Shown here: in pieces, positions 36,378 through 46,303 of the stretch
Numbering within the stretch: position 1 is the stretch's first letter
Layout of the letters: the number at the start of each line of letters is the position of its first letter
Source of the DNA: an uncultured Gemmatimonadaceae bacterium
GTDB lineage: Bacteria; Gemmatimonadota; Gemmatimonadetes; Gemmatimonadales; GWC2-71-9
DNA: 64,000 nt
Direction of reading: 5' to 3'
Assembly: GCA_964421625.1 (NCBI GenBank)
Contig: CAYQXR010000006.1
Coordinates: forward strand, 2,056 to 66,055
Made by a program: the position numbers and the translations under genes
The notes under the pieces: model-generated
The model's database searches: none
The model's input: the letters and a program-made list of their open reading frames with translations, nothing else
What the model was told of the DNA's origin: nothing

Positions 36378-38008
36378 GCGAACGTCTGCGCGAGGAACTG
36401 ACCCGGGTCGCCGCTGCCCTCGGCGCGGCCGACGTCGAGTTCACGCTGGAGCGCCCACGAGATCCCACGCACGGCGATCTCTCCACCAATCTTGCCATGC
36501 AACTGGCCCGGCGGGAACGCAGTAACCCGCGCGCCATGGCCGAGAAGGTCATTGCCGCGCTGGCGCTGCCCGAGGGCATGGTCCGGAGTGTCGAGATTGC
36601 CGGACCGGGCTTCATCAATGTCCGCCTGGCTGCCGACACCCTGGCCGCCGACCACGCCCGGATCCTGGCGGAAGGAGCCCGCTACGGGCGCTCCAATCCC
36701 GGCGCCGGCGTGCGGGTGAACATCGAGTTCGTGTCGGCCAACCCCACCGGACCGCTGCACGTCGGTCACGGACGGGGCGCTGCCCTGGGCGACGGCATCG
36801 CCACCCTGCTTGAGTGGACCGGACATGAGGTGGCCCGGGAGTTCTACATCAACGACGCCGGTGTGCAGATCACCCGGCTCGGTGAGTCGCTCTGGGCCCG
36901 AGTGCAGCAGGCGGTGGGCCGTGAGGCGGCGGTTCCCGAGGGTGGCTATCACGGCCAGTACCTGGTGGACGCTGCCCGGCAGCTTCTGGATCAGGAAGGG
37001 ATGGCCTTCGCCGACCTGCCACCGGAGGAGGGCGTTGCCCGCTGCCGAGCGGCGGCCCTGGTGATGCAGCGCGTCGAACAGGATGACACCATGGCCCGGT
37101 TCGGGGTCCGCTTCGATGTCATGACTTCCGAGCAGGACCTGTACGATGATGGCCGCGTGGCCCGCGGTCTGGAGCGCATCGCGGCGGCGGGGCTGTCGTA
37201 TGAGTCCGAGGGCGCGCTCTGGCTGCGCACCTCGGCGTACGGCGACGAGAAGGACCGGGTGCTCCGCAAGGGCGATGGCAGTCTGACCTACTTCGTGCCC
37301 GACATCGCCTATCACCTCGACAAGTTCGACCGCGGCTTTCACCGGGCCATCGACATCTGGGGTGCCGACCACCACGGCTACATCCCGCGGATGCGCGGCG
37401 CGCTGACGGCGATGGGTGTACCGGCCGACTGGTTTGCGGTCGAGGTGGTTCAGTTGGTGAAGGTGGTGCGGGGCGAGGACGAGGTGAAGATGTCCAAGCG
37501 CTCGGGCGAGTTCGTCACGCTGCGCGACCTCTACGAAGAGACCGGCGTCGACGCCGCGCGCTACTGGTTCCTGATGCGCCGCGGCGATTCCCATCTCACC
37601 TTCGACATCAACCTGGCGACGGCGCGCTCCGACGAGAATCCGGTGTACTACGTCCAGATGGCCCACGCGCGGATGAGCGGGATTTTCCGCAATGCCGAGC
37701 GGGCCCCGGACGACGTGACTGGTGTGCTGGATCCCGCCGCGCTCGACGCGCAGGACCTGGCGCTGCTGCGCTCACTGACGGCCTTTCCGGATGCGGTGAC
37801 CCGGGCGGCCCGGGATCTGGAGCCGCATCGGATCACCACCTACCTCGAAGATTTGGCCCGCCAGACCCACGGCTGGTATCACGGCTGCCGCGTGCTGGGC
37901 GAACCGGCACCGGTCGAGCAGGCCCGACTGCTGCTCGCCCGGGCGACGCGACAGGTGCTCGCCAACGGCCTCACGCTCCTCGGGGTGTCCGCCCCGGATC
38001 GGATGTAA
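36374..38008 (+). CDS. argS: Arginine--tRNA ligase
   Basis: Class I HIGH motif (SANPTGPLHVGHGRGA), an MSKRSG (KMSKS-like) motif, and a DALR anticodon-binding C-terminus ending M. Confidence 0.93.
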   Translation: MSERLREELTRVAAALGAADVEFTLERPRDPTHGDLSTNLAMQLARRERSNPRAMAEKVIAALALPEGMVRSVEIAGPGFINVRLAADTLAADHARILAEGARYGRSNPGAGVRVNIEFVSANPTGPLHVGHGRGAALGDGIATLLEWTGHEVAREFYINDAGVQITRLGESLWARVQQAVGREAAVPEGGYHGQYLVDAARQLLDQEGMAFADLPPEEGVARCRAAALVMQRVEQDDTMARFGVRFDVMTSEQDLYDDGRVARGLERIAAAGLSYESEGALWLRTSAYGDEKDRVLRKGDGSLTYFVPDIAYHLDKFDRGFHRAIDIWGADHHGYIPRMRGALTAMGVPADWFAVEVVQLVKVVRGEDEVKMSKRSGEFVTLRDLYEETGVDAARYWFLMRRGDSHLTFDINLATARSDENPVYYVQMAHARMSGIFRNAERAPDDVTGVLDPAALDAQDLALLRSLTAFPDAVTRAARDLEPHRITTYLEDLARQTHGWYHGCRVLGEPAPVEQARLLLARATRQVLANGLTLLGVSAPDRM

Positions 38009-38012
38009 TCGC

Positions 38013-39965
38013 ATGTCGCTGCTGGTCGTTGGGAGCGTCGCACTCGACGGAATCGAAACGCCGTTCGGCCAGGTCGATGAGACCATCGGCGGCTCGGCCG
38101 TTCACTTCGCCCTCGCAGCCTCGTTGCTGCATCCGGTTCAGGTGGTCGGGGTGGTCGGCGATGACTATCCGCTCGACGAGCTGTCGGCCCGTGCCGATCG
38201 CGGCATCGACTGGAGCGGGGTGCAGCGCGCAGCGGGGCCGTCCTTCCTGTGGCGCGGGCGCTACTCGTTCGATCTCCAGAACCGCGAGACGCTGGAAACC
38301 CGACTCGGTGTGTTCGCGACCTTCCAGCCCGAGCTGTCCGCCGCGCATCGCAGCGCCCGGTTCGTCTTCCTGGGCAACATCGATCCGGAACTGCAACTGC
38401 GCGTCCTCGATCAGGTGCAGCCCACCCTGGTGGCCTGCGACACCATGAACTTCTGGATCAGCTCGAAGCGGGATGCCCTGCTCGAACTGATGCGCCGGGT
38501 CGACCTGCTGATCCTGAACGACGCCGAGGCGCGGGAGCTGGCGGAGGACTGGAACGTCCATCGGGCCGCGCGATGGATGCTGGCGCATGGACCCAAGCGG
38601 GTGGTGATCAAGCAGGGTGAACATGGCGCGTTGCTGTGCGATGCGCAGGGTCTGTTTCACGTGCCGGGCTATCCGCTGGAGGAGATCTTCGACCCGACCG
38701 GGGCAGGGGACGCCTTCGCCGGCGGGTTCATGGGCTACCTGGCGCGGAGCGGCACCATCTCCTCCGACACGCTGCGGGCCGCGATGGTGTACGGATCGGC
38801 CATGGGCTCCTTCGCCGTCACCGGGTTCGGAACGCGCGGCATCGATGGTGTGACGCTGGACGCGGTGCAGGAGCGGGTGCGGCAGTTCCGCGCGCTGGTC
38901 CAGGTGCCCGCGTTGCCACTGCCGCCAATTGCGACGGAGCAGGTGGTGTCCCAGTATGCCGCCGCCGGCGTGGATCTGGTGCAGGCCGAGGATGCCAAGG
39001 CCCGCATCGGGCGGCTGGTTGCAGAAACCCGCACCCCTCTTTCGCTCGGTGAGATCGGCGCCTTCGGCGGCATGGTGCGGATTCCCGAGGGCATGCAGAA
39101 GCCCGTCCTGGTGATGAGCACCGACGGCGTCGGCACCAAGGTGCTGGTGGCCATGCAGGCCGGCCGCTTCGATACGGTGGGCGAAGATCTCGTCAATCAC
39201 TCGGTGAATGACATCCTGGTGCATGGAGCCACTCCGCTGGCCTTCATGGACTACATCGCCGGGCATCGGCTGCCGGTCGAGATGATCGCCGGGGTGGTTG
39301 AAGGCATCGCGCGGGGCTGCCGCGCCCACGGGATGGCGCTTGCCGGTGGCGAGACCGCGGCCATGCCGGGCCTCTACACCGAGCGCACGTTCGATCTGGC
39401 CGGGACCATCATCGGGGTACACGAAGAGGACGCCCTGCTGCACGGTGACCGAGTCCGGCCCGGCGATGTGCTGATTGCCTACGCCTCTACCGGTCTGCAT
39501 ACCAACGGCTACACGCTGGCGCGCTCAGTGCTCTTCGACACCATGGGCCTGGGACTCGACGCTCTTGTGCCGGGAACCGACACGTCGGTCGCCGATGCAC
39601 TGCTGGCCGTGCATCGCTCCTACGCCAGCGCCATCCGTCCCGTGCTGCCGCAGGTCCACGCGCTGGCGCACATCACCGGCGGGGGTATTGGCGGGAATCT
39701 GGTCCGCGTGCTGCCCGACGACTGTCAGGCCATCATCGACACCGCAAGCTGGACCTGGCCGTCGCTGTACCAGGTGATCGCCGAGGGCGGTCGGGTCAGC
39801 GTGGACGAAATGCGTGATGTGTTCAACCTGGGTGTCGGGATGATTGCCGTGGTCGATCCGGCCGATGTGGCGCGGGTGCAGGAGGCCGCCGCCGCGGATG
39901 GCGTTGAGACCTGGCTGCTGGGACAGATCACCGGCGGACCGCGGCAGGTTCAGTTCACCCCATGA
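38013..39965 (+). CDS. purM: Fusion protein: N-terminal PfkB-family carbohydrate/nucleoside kinase plus C-terminal phosphoribosylformylglycinamidine cyclo-ligase (AIR synthase, PurM)
   Basis: Residues ~1-300 carry the PfkB signature DPTGAGDAFAGGF. Residues ~310-650 are PurM (YAAAGVDL, STDGVGTKV, NDILVHGATPLAFMDY). One uninterrupted frame with no stop between the domains. Confidence 0.85.
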   Translation: MSLLVVGSVALDGIETPFGQVDETIGGSAVHFALAASLLHPVQVVGVVGDDYPLDELSARADRGIDWSGVQRAAGPSFLWRGRYSFDLQNRETLETRLGVFATFQPELSAAHRSARFVFLGNIDPELQLRVLDQVQPTLVACDTMNFWISSKRDALLELMRRVDLLILNDAEARELAEDWNVHRAARWMLAHGPKRVVIKQGEHGALLCDAQGLFHVPGYPLEEIFDPTGAGDAFAGGFMGYLARSGTISSDTLRAAMVYGSAMGSFAVTGFGTRGIDGVTLDAVQERVRQFRALVQVPALPLPPIATEQVVSQYAAAGVDLVQAEDAKARIGRLVAETRTPLSLGEIGAFGGMVRIPEGMQKPVLVMSTDGVGTKVLVAMQAGRFDTVGEDLVNHSVNDILVHGATPLAFMDYIAGHRLPVEMIAGVVEGIARGCRAHGMALAGGETAAMPGLYTERTFDLAGTIIGVHEEDALLHGDRVRPGDVLIAYASTGLHTNGYTLARSVLFDTMGLGLDALVPGTDTSVADALLAVHRSYASAIRPVLPQVHALAHITGGGIGGNLVRVLPDDCQAIIDTASWTWPSLYQVIAEGGRVSVDEMRDVFNLGVGMIAVVDPADVARVQEAAAADGVETWLLGQITGGPRQVQFTP

Positions 39966-39981
39966 ATGCGCAGCGCGCACC

Positions 39982-41106
39982 ATGGTGTGCCGGATGCCGC
40001 CGGTGAGTCCCGCGCCGGACGATAGCCCAGAGACGCGGGCCCGCGACCGCAAGTTCATGCGGCGGGCGCTGCAGTTCGCCAAGCGCGGGTGGGGGCGGGT
40101 GCATCCCAATCCCCTGGTGGGTGCCCTGGTCGCCCACGGCGATCTGGTGATCGGTGAAGGATATCATGCCGAGTATGGGGAGCCTCACGCGGAGTTCTTT
40201 GCGCTGACGACAGCGGGTGAGCGGGCCCGAGGCGCGACCCTCTATGTGACGCTGGAACCCTGTGCCCACCACGGCAAACAGCCGCCCTGTGTGGAGGCCA
40301 TTCTCGCTGCCGGCATCGCGCGGGTCGTGGTTGCGCTCCGCGACCCGAATCCGGTGGCGGCCGGTGGGGTGGAATACCTGCGGGAGCGCGGCGTGGTGGT
40401 CGACGTCGGCCTGATGGCGGAGGAGGTGGCCGTTCAGAATGCCCGGTTCCTCTGGTCACTCCGGTCGCCGGGACGGCCCTGGGTGGTGGTCAAGCTGGCG
40501 GTCAGCATGGATGGTCGGATTGCCGATGCGGATGGCACGTCCCGGTGGATCTCCGGCCCCGAGGCCCGCAACTGGGTCCACCGCATGCGGGCGGCGGTCG
40601 GCGGAGTGGCCGTGGGCGCCGCGACCGCGATTGCCGACAACTCGCGCCTGACGGTGCGGGGCCCGATCATCCCGCGTCAGGCGCCGGTACGCGTGCTGTT
40701 CGATCGGAGCGGTGTGCTGTCCGCCGAGCACGGCATCTTCCATGACGGCTCCGGGATTCCCATCCACGTGGTGCGCGGGCTTGATGCGGCCGCGGCCGAT
40801 GCCCCGCTGCAACAGGCCGGTGCCACGGTCCATCGGGTGGCCTCGCTGGCCGATGGTGTGGCGAGCCTGGGTGCCGCCGGGATTGACTCGCTGCTGGTGG
40901 AGGGCGGCGGGCGGCTGGCCGGCGCGCTCTGGCAGGCTGGACTGGTCGATCGTGTGTGCCAGATTCAATCACCGCTCTGGCTTGGTGAAGCGGGCACGCC
41001 CGCGTGGGCTGGGCTGCACGGCATCACCCTGGCAACCACCCCCCGCTGGCGGGTGATCGGGCGGAAGGAGCTGGGGATGGACACGCTGCTGGTGCTGGAG
41101 CCCTGA
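39982..41106 (+). CDS. ribD: Bifunctional riboflavin biosynthesis protein RibD (deaminase/reductase)
   Basis: CMP/dCMP deaminase zinc motif HAEFFAL...TLEPCAHHGKQPPC, followed by a RibD_C reductase domain. Confidence 0.9.
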   Translation: MVCRMPPVSPAPDDSPETRARDRKFMRRALQFAKRGWGRVHPNPLVGALVAHGDLVIGEGYHAEYGEPHAEFFALTTAGERARGATLYVTLEPCAHHGKQPPCVEAILAAGIARVVVALRDPNPVAAGGVEYLRERGVVVDVGLMAEEVAVQNARFLWSLRSPGRPWVVVKLAVSMDGRIADADGTSRWISGPEARNWVHRMRAAVGGVAVGAATAIADNSRLTVRGPIIPRQAPVRVLFDRSGVLSAEHGIFHDGSGIPIHVVRGLDAAAADAPLQQAGATVHRVASLADGVASLGAAGIDSLLVEGGGRLAGALWQAGLVDRVCQIQSPLWLGEAGTPAWAGLHGITLATTPRWRVIGRKELGMDTLLVLEP

Positions 41107-41108
41107 GC

Positions 41109-41708
41109 ATGTTTACCGGATTGATCACCGCAGTCGGTTCCCTCGATGCCATCGCCCCGCGCAACGGCGGCCTCGACCTCACCATCGGGGCGCCCTGGAC
41201 CGATCTGGAACTGGGTGAGAGTATTGCCATCAACGGGACCTGTCTCACCGTCGCGGCCTGTGGCGCGGGAACGTTCCAGGTACATCTGGTCGCGCCATCC
41301 CGGGCCCGTACGGCATTCGACGACCGAGCCGTCGGTGATCGCCTCAATCTGGAGCGGGCGCTCCGGCTCGGCGACCGGCTCGGTGGGCATCTGGTGCAGG
41401 GCCATGTGGATGGCGTCGGCGAAGTCCTCGCTGCGACCGATGTGGAAGACGCCCGGCTGATCGACATCAGACTGCCCGAGGACGTCGCCGCCGTGACCAT
41501 CCTCCGCGGCTCCATCACGATTGATGGCGTCTCGCTGACGGTGCAGGCGCTGCCGGGGCCGCGGCAGATCCGTGTGGCCGTCATCCCGTTTACCTTGCAG
41601 GCAACGACTCTGGGCGAACGCGTCCCGGGCGACCGCGTCCACCTCGAAGGGGACATGGTGGGCAAGTACATCCAGGCGCTGGTCGCACGACCGGCGGAGA
41701 GTTCCTGA
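41109..41708 (+). CDS. ribE: Riboflavin synthase alpha chain
   Basis: MFTGLITAVG start, with duplicated lumazine-binding repeats (GESIAINGTCLTV / GSITIDGVSLTV). Confidence 0.92.
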   Translation: MFTGLITAVGSLDAIAPRNGGLDLTIGAPWTDLELGESIAINGTCLTVAACGAGTFQVHLVAPSRARTAFDDRAVGDRLNLERALRLGDRLGGHLVQGHVDGVGEVLAATDVEDARLIDIRLPEDVAAVTILRGSITIDGVSLTVQALPGPRQIRVAVIPFTLQATTLGERVPGDRVHLEGDMVGKYIQALVARPAESS

Positions 41709-42913
41709 TGGCAGCGGCATCGATCGAGCAGGCGCTGGCCGACCTGCGGGCCGGCAAGATGATTGTCGTCGTGGACGACGAGCATCGCGAGAACGAGGGT
41801 GACCTCGTCGCCGCGGCCGAGGCGGTGACGCCCGAGATGATCAACTTCATGATGACGCATGCGCGGGGGTTCATCTGCCTCGCGCTGACGCCGGACGACT
41901 GCGACCGTCTGGAACTGCCGCAGATGGTGGCCCGCAACACCGAGTCGATGGCCACGGCCTTCACCATCACCATCGATGCGGCCCTGCGGTTCGGCGTCAC
42001 CACCGGCATCTCCGCCATGGATCGGGCGACCACCATCCGGGTGGCGATCGACCCGGCCACCCGGCCGGATGATCTGCGGCGCCCGGGCCACATCAACCCG
42101 CTGCGCGCCCAGCCGGGCGGAGTGCTCCAGCGGGTGGGCCACACCGAAGCCAGCGTCGATCTGGCCCGGCTGGCAGGGTTCCGACCGGCCGGCGTGATCT
42201 GCGAGATTGCCAACCCCGACGGCACCATGGCCCGGCGACCGCAGCTCGAGGCCTACTGTCGTGAGCATGGTCTCACCCTGGTGACGGTCGCGGATCTGGT
42301 TGCCTACCGTCTGCGAACCGAACAACTGGTCCATCGCGTGGCGGCACCGCGTCTGCCGACAGCCTTCGGCGAATTCACCGTGGTCGGCTACCGCAACGAT
42401 GTCGACGCGCATGAGCACGTGGCGCTGGTCTACGGCGAGGTGGCGGGACAGTCCGACGTGCTGGTCCGGATGCACTCCAAGTGCCTGACCGGCGACGTGT
42501 TCCACTCACTGCGCTGCGACTGCGGCATCCAGCTCCAGCGGGCCATGGAGCGGATCGCTCAGGAGGGGCGCGGGGTGATCGTGTATCTGGATCAGGAGGG
42601 GCGCGGCATCGGATTGCACAACAAGCTGCGCGCCTACGAACTGCAGGATGCCGGGCACGATACCGTCGAAGCCAACGAACGCCTCGGGTTCCAGCCCGAT
42701 CTCCGCGAGTTCGGCATTGGTGCGCAAATCCTGCGCGATCTCGGGCTCACCACCCTGCGCGTGATGACCAACAATCCCCGCAAGCTGGTCGGCCTGGAGG
42801 GCTACGGGCTGGAGATCACCGAACGGGTGCCCCTGATTGCCGACGCCACGCCCGAGAACGAAGCCTATCTCGCGACCAAGCGTGACAAGCTCGGCCACCT
42901 TCTGACCAAGTAG
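41708..42913 (+). CDS. ribBA: Bifunctional 3,4-dihydroxy-2-butanone-4-phosphate synthase / GTP cyclohydrolase II
   Basis: DHBP synthase motifs (DDEHRENEGDLV, GHTEASVDLARLAG) and GCH-II motifs (HSKCLTGDVFHSLRCDCG, EGRGIGL). Confidence 0.93.
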   Translation: MAAASIEQALADLRAGKMIVVVDDEHRENEGDLVAAAEAVTPEMINFMMTHARGFICLALTPDDCDRLELPQMVARNTESMATAFTITIDAALRFGVTTGISAMDRATTIRVAIDPATRPDDLRRPGHINPLRAQPGGVLQRVGHTEASVDLARLAGFRPAGVICEIANPDGTMARRPQLEAYCREHGLTLVTVADLVAYRLRTEQLVHRVAAPRLPTAFGEFTVVGYRNDVDAHEHVALVYGEVAGQSDVLVRMHSKCLTGDVFHSLRCDCGIQLQRAMERIAQEGRGVIVYLDQEGRGIGLHNKLRAYELQDAGHDTVEANERLGFQPDLREFGIGAQILRDLGLTTLRVMTNNPRKLVGLEGYGLEITERVPLIADATPENEAYLATKRDKLGHLLTK

Positions 42914-42919
42914 GGACGG

Positions 42920-43402
42920 ATGCCGGAATACGAAGGGACCCTCCACACCCATGGGTCAGTGGGCATCGTCGTGAGCCGCTATCACGAGCGGATCACCCGG
43001 CGTTTGCTGGAGGGTGCCGTGACGGTCTGCCGCGAGGCGGGCGCCACCGACGACGCCATCCACGTCTACTGGGTCGATGGGGCCTTCGAGGTCGGCATCA
43101 CCACCCACCTGCTGGCCCATACCGGGCAGTTCACCGCCATGGTCGCGCTGGCAGTGGTGGTCCGGGGCGAGACGCCGCATTTCGATTTCGTGGCAGGCGA
43201 GACCTGTGCCGCCATTGGACGGGCCGCCACCGAGACCGGCACGCCCATTGGTCTGGGGATTCTGACCTGCGACGACATGGCCCAGGCCGTCGAGCGCGCG
43301 GGCGGCAGCGCCGGCAACAAGGGAGCGGAGGCCGCGGCAGCCGCCATCCGGGTGGCGGACCTCCAGCACCAGGTCCTGACCGCCGGGACGGAGCGCGACT
43401 GA
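42920..43402 (+). CDS. ribH: 6,7-dimethyl-8-ribityllumazine synthase
   Basis: 160 aa. VGIVVSRYHERIT, WVDGAFEV and VVRGETPHFDFV are typical RibH motifs. Confidence 0.92.
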   Translation: MPEYEGTLHTHGSVGIVVSRYHERITRRLLEGAVTVCREAGATDDAIHVYWVDGAFEVGITTHLLAHTGQFTAMVALAVVVRGETPHFDFVAGETCAAIGRAATETGTPIGLGILTCDDMAQAVERAGGSAGNKGAEAAAAAIRVADLQHQVLTAGTERD

Positions 43403-43816
43403 ATGCTGCGGGTCGAATCGAAGCGCCGCGCGCGCGCGTTGCAGATGCTGTATGCGCTGGAGACTCACGGTCATCAGCAGGCCGACGATGCCGCCCGCGG
43501 CTTGGCGCGCCTGACCGGCCCGGAACCGGATCTGCTCGACCCAGCGCGGGACATGGTCGACGGCATCCTGGCCCGGACAGCGGAGTTCGACGGCTACGCT
43601 GCCGCCGCCGCCGATAACTGGCGGATCGAGCGGATGGCCACGGTGGAGCGGTGCATTCTGCGGATCGCGATCTGGGAACTGCTGACCACCACCCTGCCGG
43701 CGCCGGTGGTCATTTCCGAAGCGGTGTGGCTGAGTCAGCGCTTCGCGAGCCCCAAGGCGCCCCCCTTCATCAACGGTGTACTCGACCGGGTGGCCCGCGA
43801 CCTGGGTCGGCTCTGA
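43403..43816 (+). CDS. nusB: Transcription antitermination factor NusB
   Basis: 137 aa. RRARALQMLYALE start and the ERCILRIAIWEL...AKFINGVLD pattern. Classic ribH-nusB adjacency. Confidence 0.85.
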   Translation: MLRVESKRRARALQMLYALETHGHQQADDAARGLARLTGPEPDLLDPARDMVDGILARTAEFDGYAAAAADNWRIERMATVERCILRIAIWELLTTTLPAPVVISEAVWLSQRFASPKAPPFINGVLDRVARDLGRL

Positions 43817-43819
43817 GTC

Positions 43820-44962
43820 GTGCCGATGAACATCCTCCTGACCAACTGGCAGGACCTGCGGAATCCGCAGGCGGGAGGGGCCGAGATTCATCTCTTCGAA
43901 ATCTTCTCGCGGCTGGCGGCACGTGGGCATCGCATCCGGCTGGTGTGCTCCTCCTTCCCGGGCGCCGCTCCGGTCGAAATGGTCGACGGCATCGAAGTGC
44001 ATCGCAGCGGGACCCGCTTCTCCTTCACGCTGCAGGGCCGCTCCGCCATTCGCCGCGCCCTGCGCGCCGAGCAGCCGGACGTGGTGGTCGATGACATCAA
44101 CAAGATCCCGCTGCGGGTGGCCAGCCTGACCGACCGTCCGGTGTACGCCATCGTGCCGCACCTCTTCGGCCGCACCATCTTCACCGAAGCCTCCTGGCCG
44201 ATGGCCAGTATCGTCTGGGCGGCGGAGCAGGTGATTCCGTCGGCCTACCGGCGGGCCTGGTTCCACGCCATCAGTGAATCCACCCGGGACGACCTCATCG
44301 CCCGGGGCATTCCGCGTGAACGCATCTGTGTGCTGCATCCCGGCGTCGATACCACCTGGTTTGCCCCGGACCCGACGGGAGCCCAGCGGATCTCGCCGCC
44401 GACCTTCGTGTATCTGGGCCGCCTCCGGCGCTACAAGGGCGTCGAGTTTCTCCTGGAGGCCATGGCCCAGGTGCGGGAAACTCACCCCACCGCCCGGCTG
44501 GACATTGCCGGCGCCGGGGTGGATCGGGCCCGGCTGGAGGCCAGGGCGGCTGCTCTGGGACTCGGCGCGCAGGTCCGGTTTCTGGGGTTCGTGGATGAGG
44601 CGGCCAAGCGGGAACTCTTGCGTGGGGCGGTGGCAAACATGTTTCCTTCTCCCAAGGAGGGGTGGGGCATCACCGTGATGGAGGCCGCCGGATGCCGCAC
44701 CCCGTCGATCGCATCGGACTCACCCGGGCTGCGGGACTCCGTACGCCACGGCGAGACCGGGATCCTGGTGCCGCATGGCAATGTGTCGGCACTGGTCGGC
44801 GCCATGCGGTCGCTGCTCGATGAGCCCGGACGGGTGGAGCGTCTCGGCGAAGCGGCCCGGGAGTACGCCGTCTCGCATCGCTGGGACGGTGTGGCCGATG
44901 CGGTCGAACAGCACTTGCAGCACCTGACGGCAGGCTCACCGCCGCCGTCCTTCGCCTCATGA
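43820..44962 (+). CDS. Glycosyltransferase family 4 (GT-B, group 1)
   Basis: N-terminal GGAEIHLFEI and C-terminal EGWGITVMEAAGCRTPSIASDSPGLRDSVRHGETG (E-x7-E type motif). The start is GTG 43820 or ATG 43826. Confidence 0.8.
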   Translation: MPMNILLTNWQDLRNPQAGGAEIHLFEIFSRLAARGHRIRLVCSSFPGAAPVEMVDGIEVHRSGTRFSFTLQGRSAIRRALRAEQPDVVVDDINKIPLRVASLTDRPVYAIVPHLFGRTIFTEASWPMASIVWAAEQVIPSAYRRAWFHAISESTRDDLIARGIPRERICVLHPGVDTTWFAPDPTGAQRISPPTFVYLGRLRRYKGVEFLLEAMAQVRETHPTARLDIAGAGVDRARLEARAAALGLGAQVRFLGFVDEAAKRELLRGAVANMFPSPKEGWGITVMEAAGCRTPSIASDSPGLRDSVRHGETGILVPHGNVSALVGAMRSLLDEPGRVERLGEAAREYAVSHRWDGVADAVEQHLQHLTAGSPPPSFAS

Positions 44963-44975
44963 TGAGGGTCGTCCC

Positions 44976-45932
44976 ATGCGTTTCCGAGACCTGCTCGCAC
45001 CCCAGCACCTGCTTGAGCTGACGCCGCTCACCGGCGACATCGGCCTCGATGCGCCCATTCCCGAAGCCGACATCGCCTCGCCCGGGTTGGCACTGGCCGG
45101 GTACCTCGGTCGATTCATTCCGGATCGGCTGCATGTCTTCGGCGAGACCGAGATCACCTACCTCGAATCGCTGGATGCGACCACCCGGCAGCATGTGATC
45201 GAAGGTTTCTTCCAGTACGATCTGCCCGCCATCTTCGTCACCAAGGGGCTCGCACCGCCCGAGCTGCTGCTGACCCTGGCCTGTGCGCGGCATGTGCCGG
45301 TGCTTCAGAGCCAACTCAAGACGGCGAGTTTCTACAAGCTCATCAAGCCCATCCTCGAGGCAGCCTTCGCGCCACGGACGTCCCTGCACGGCTCGCTGGC
45401 CGACGTGTACGGGGTCGGCCTGCTGTTCATCGGGCGGTCGGGGATCGGCAAGAGCGAGTGCGTGCTCGACCTGGTTGAGCGGGGCCATCGCCTGGTGGCC
45501 GACGACGTGGTACAGGTCACCCGTCGGGGCACCGACGTGCTGATCGGTCGGGGGCACGAGCTGGCCGGTCATCATATGGAGATCCGCGGGGTGGGGCTGA
45601 TCGACGTCCCGGCGCTGTTCGGTGTGCGGTCCATCCGGCAGCAGAAGCGGATCGAAGTGGTGGTCCAGTTGGAGGCCTGGGAGACGGCGCCGGAGGTTGA
45701 CCGGACCGGCCTGGTCCGCGAAACCACGACGATTCTCGACGTCGCGATTCCCAAGGTGATTGTCCCGCTCAATCCCGGCAAGAACATCACGGTCATTTCG
45801 GAGGTCGTGGCGATGATGCACCTGCTGCGCTACAGCGGCGTCGATGCTGCGGCCGCCTTCAACGAGAAGCTGATCAAGCGGATGCGCGAACGACGCGGCG
45901 TGCAGCAGTACCTGCGGGAGGACTTCGAGTGA
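44976..45932 (+). CDS. hprK: HPr kinase/phosphorylase (full-length, two-domain)
   Basis: P-loop GRSGIGKSECVLDLVERGHRLVADDVV and the MEIRGVGLIDV signature. At 318 aa it includes the N-terminal domain. Confidence 0.9.
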   Translation: MRFRDLLAPQHLLELTPLTGDIGLDAPIPEADIASPGLALAGYLGRFIPDRLHVFGETEITYLESLDATTRQHVIEGFFQYDLPAIFVTKGLAPPELLLTLACARHVPVLQSQLKTASFYKLIKPILEAAFAPRTSLHGSLADVYGVGLLFIGRSGIGKSECVLDLVERGHRLVADDVVQVTRRGTDVLIGRGHELAGHHMEIRGVGLIDVPALFGVRSIRQQKRIEVVVQLEAWETAPEVDRTGLVRETTTILDVAIPKVIVPLNPGKNITVISEVVAMMHLLRYSGVDAAAAFNEKLIKRMRERRGVQQYLREDFE

Positions 45933-46303
45933 GCGCCCTGCGCGGTGTAGTGGTGGCTCATGCCGGGGTCGCGGCGGCCTTGATCGAGGCCGTGGAGCAG
46001 ATCGCCGGGTCCGACACCGGCCTGACGGCTGTCTCGAACACCGCGTGTGATCGGGGGGCGTTGGAGGAGCGGGTCCTGGCGGCCGTGGGCGACGGGCCGG
46101 CCGTGGTCTTCGTCGACATGCCCAGCGGCTCCTGCTGCTTCGCCGTACTGCGACGCCTGCATGCCATGCCGGAGGTCGCGGTCGTCACCGGAGTGAACCT
46201 GGCCATGCTGATCGACTTCGTATTCCATCGGGGCAGCCCGCTGGCCGAGGTGGTCGAGCGCGTGGCCCAGGCGGGCATCCGCGCCGTCGTGGTGCATCAA
46301 TGA
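45929..46303 (+). CDS. PTS mannose-family EIIA component
   Basis: 124 aa. GVVVAHAGVAAALIEAVEQIAG contains the phospho-His context, followed by VFVDMPSGS. GTGA overlap with hprK. Confidence 0.8.
   Translation: MSALRGVVVAHAGVAAALIEAVEQIAGSDTGLTAVSNTACDRGALEERVLAAVGDGPAVVFVDMPSGSCCFAVLRRLHAMPEVAVVTGVNLAMLIDFVFHRGSPLAEVVERVAQAGIRAVVVHQ

Noticed and set aside
39966-39981. Possible FMN riboswitch upstream of the rib operon
   Set aside because: Only 16 nt separate the purM stop from the ribD start, and there are no gaps before ribE, ribBA or ribH. There is no room for an RFN element.
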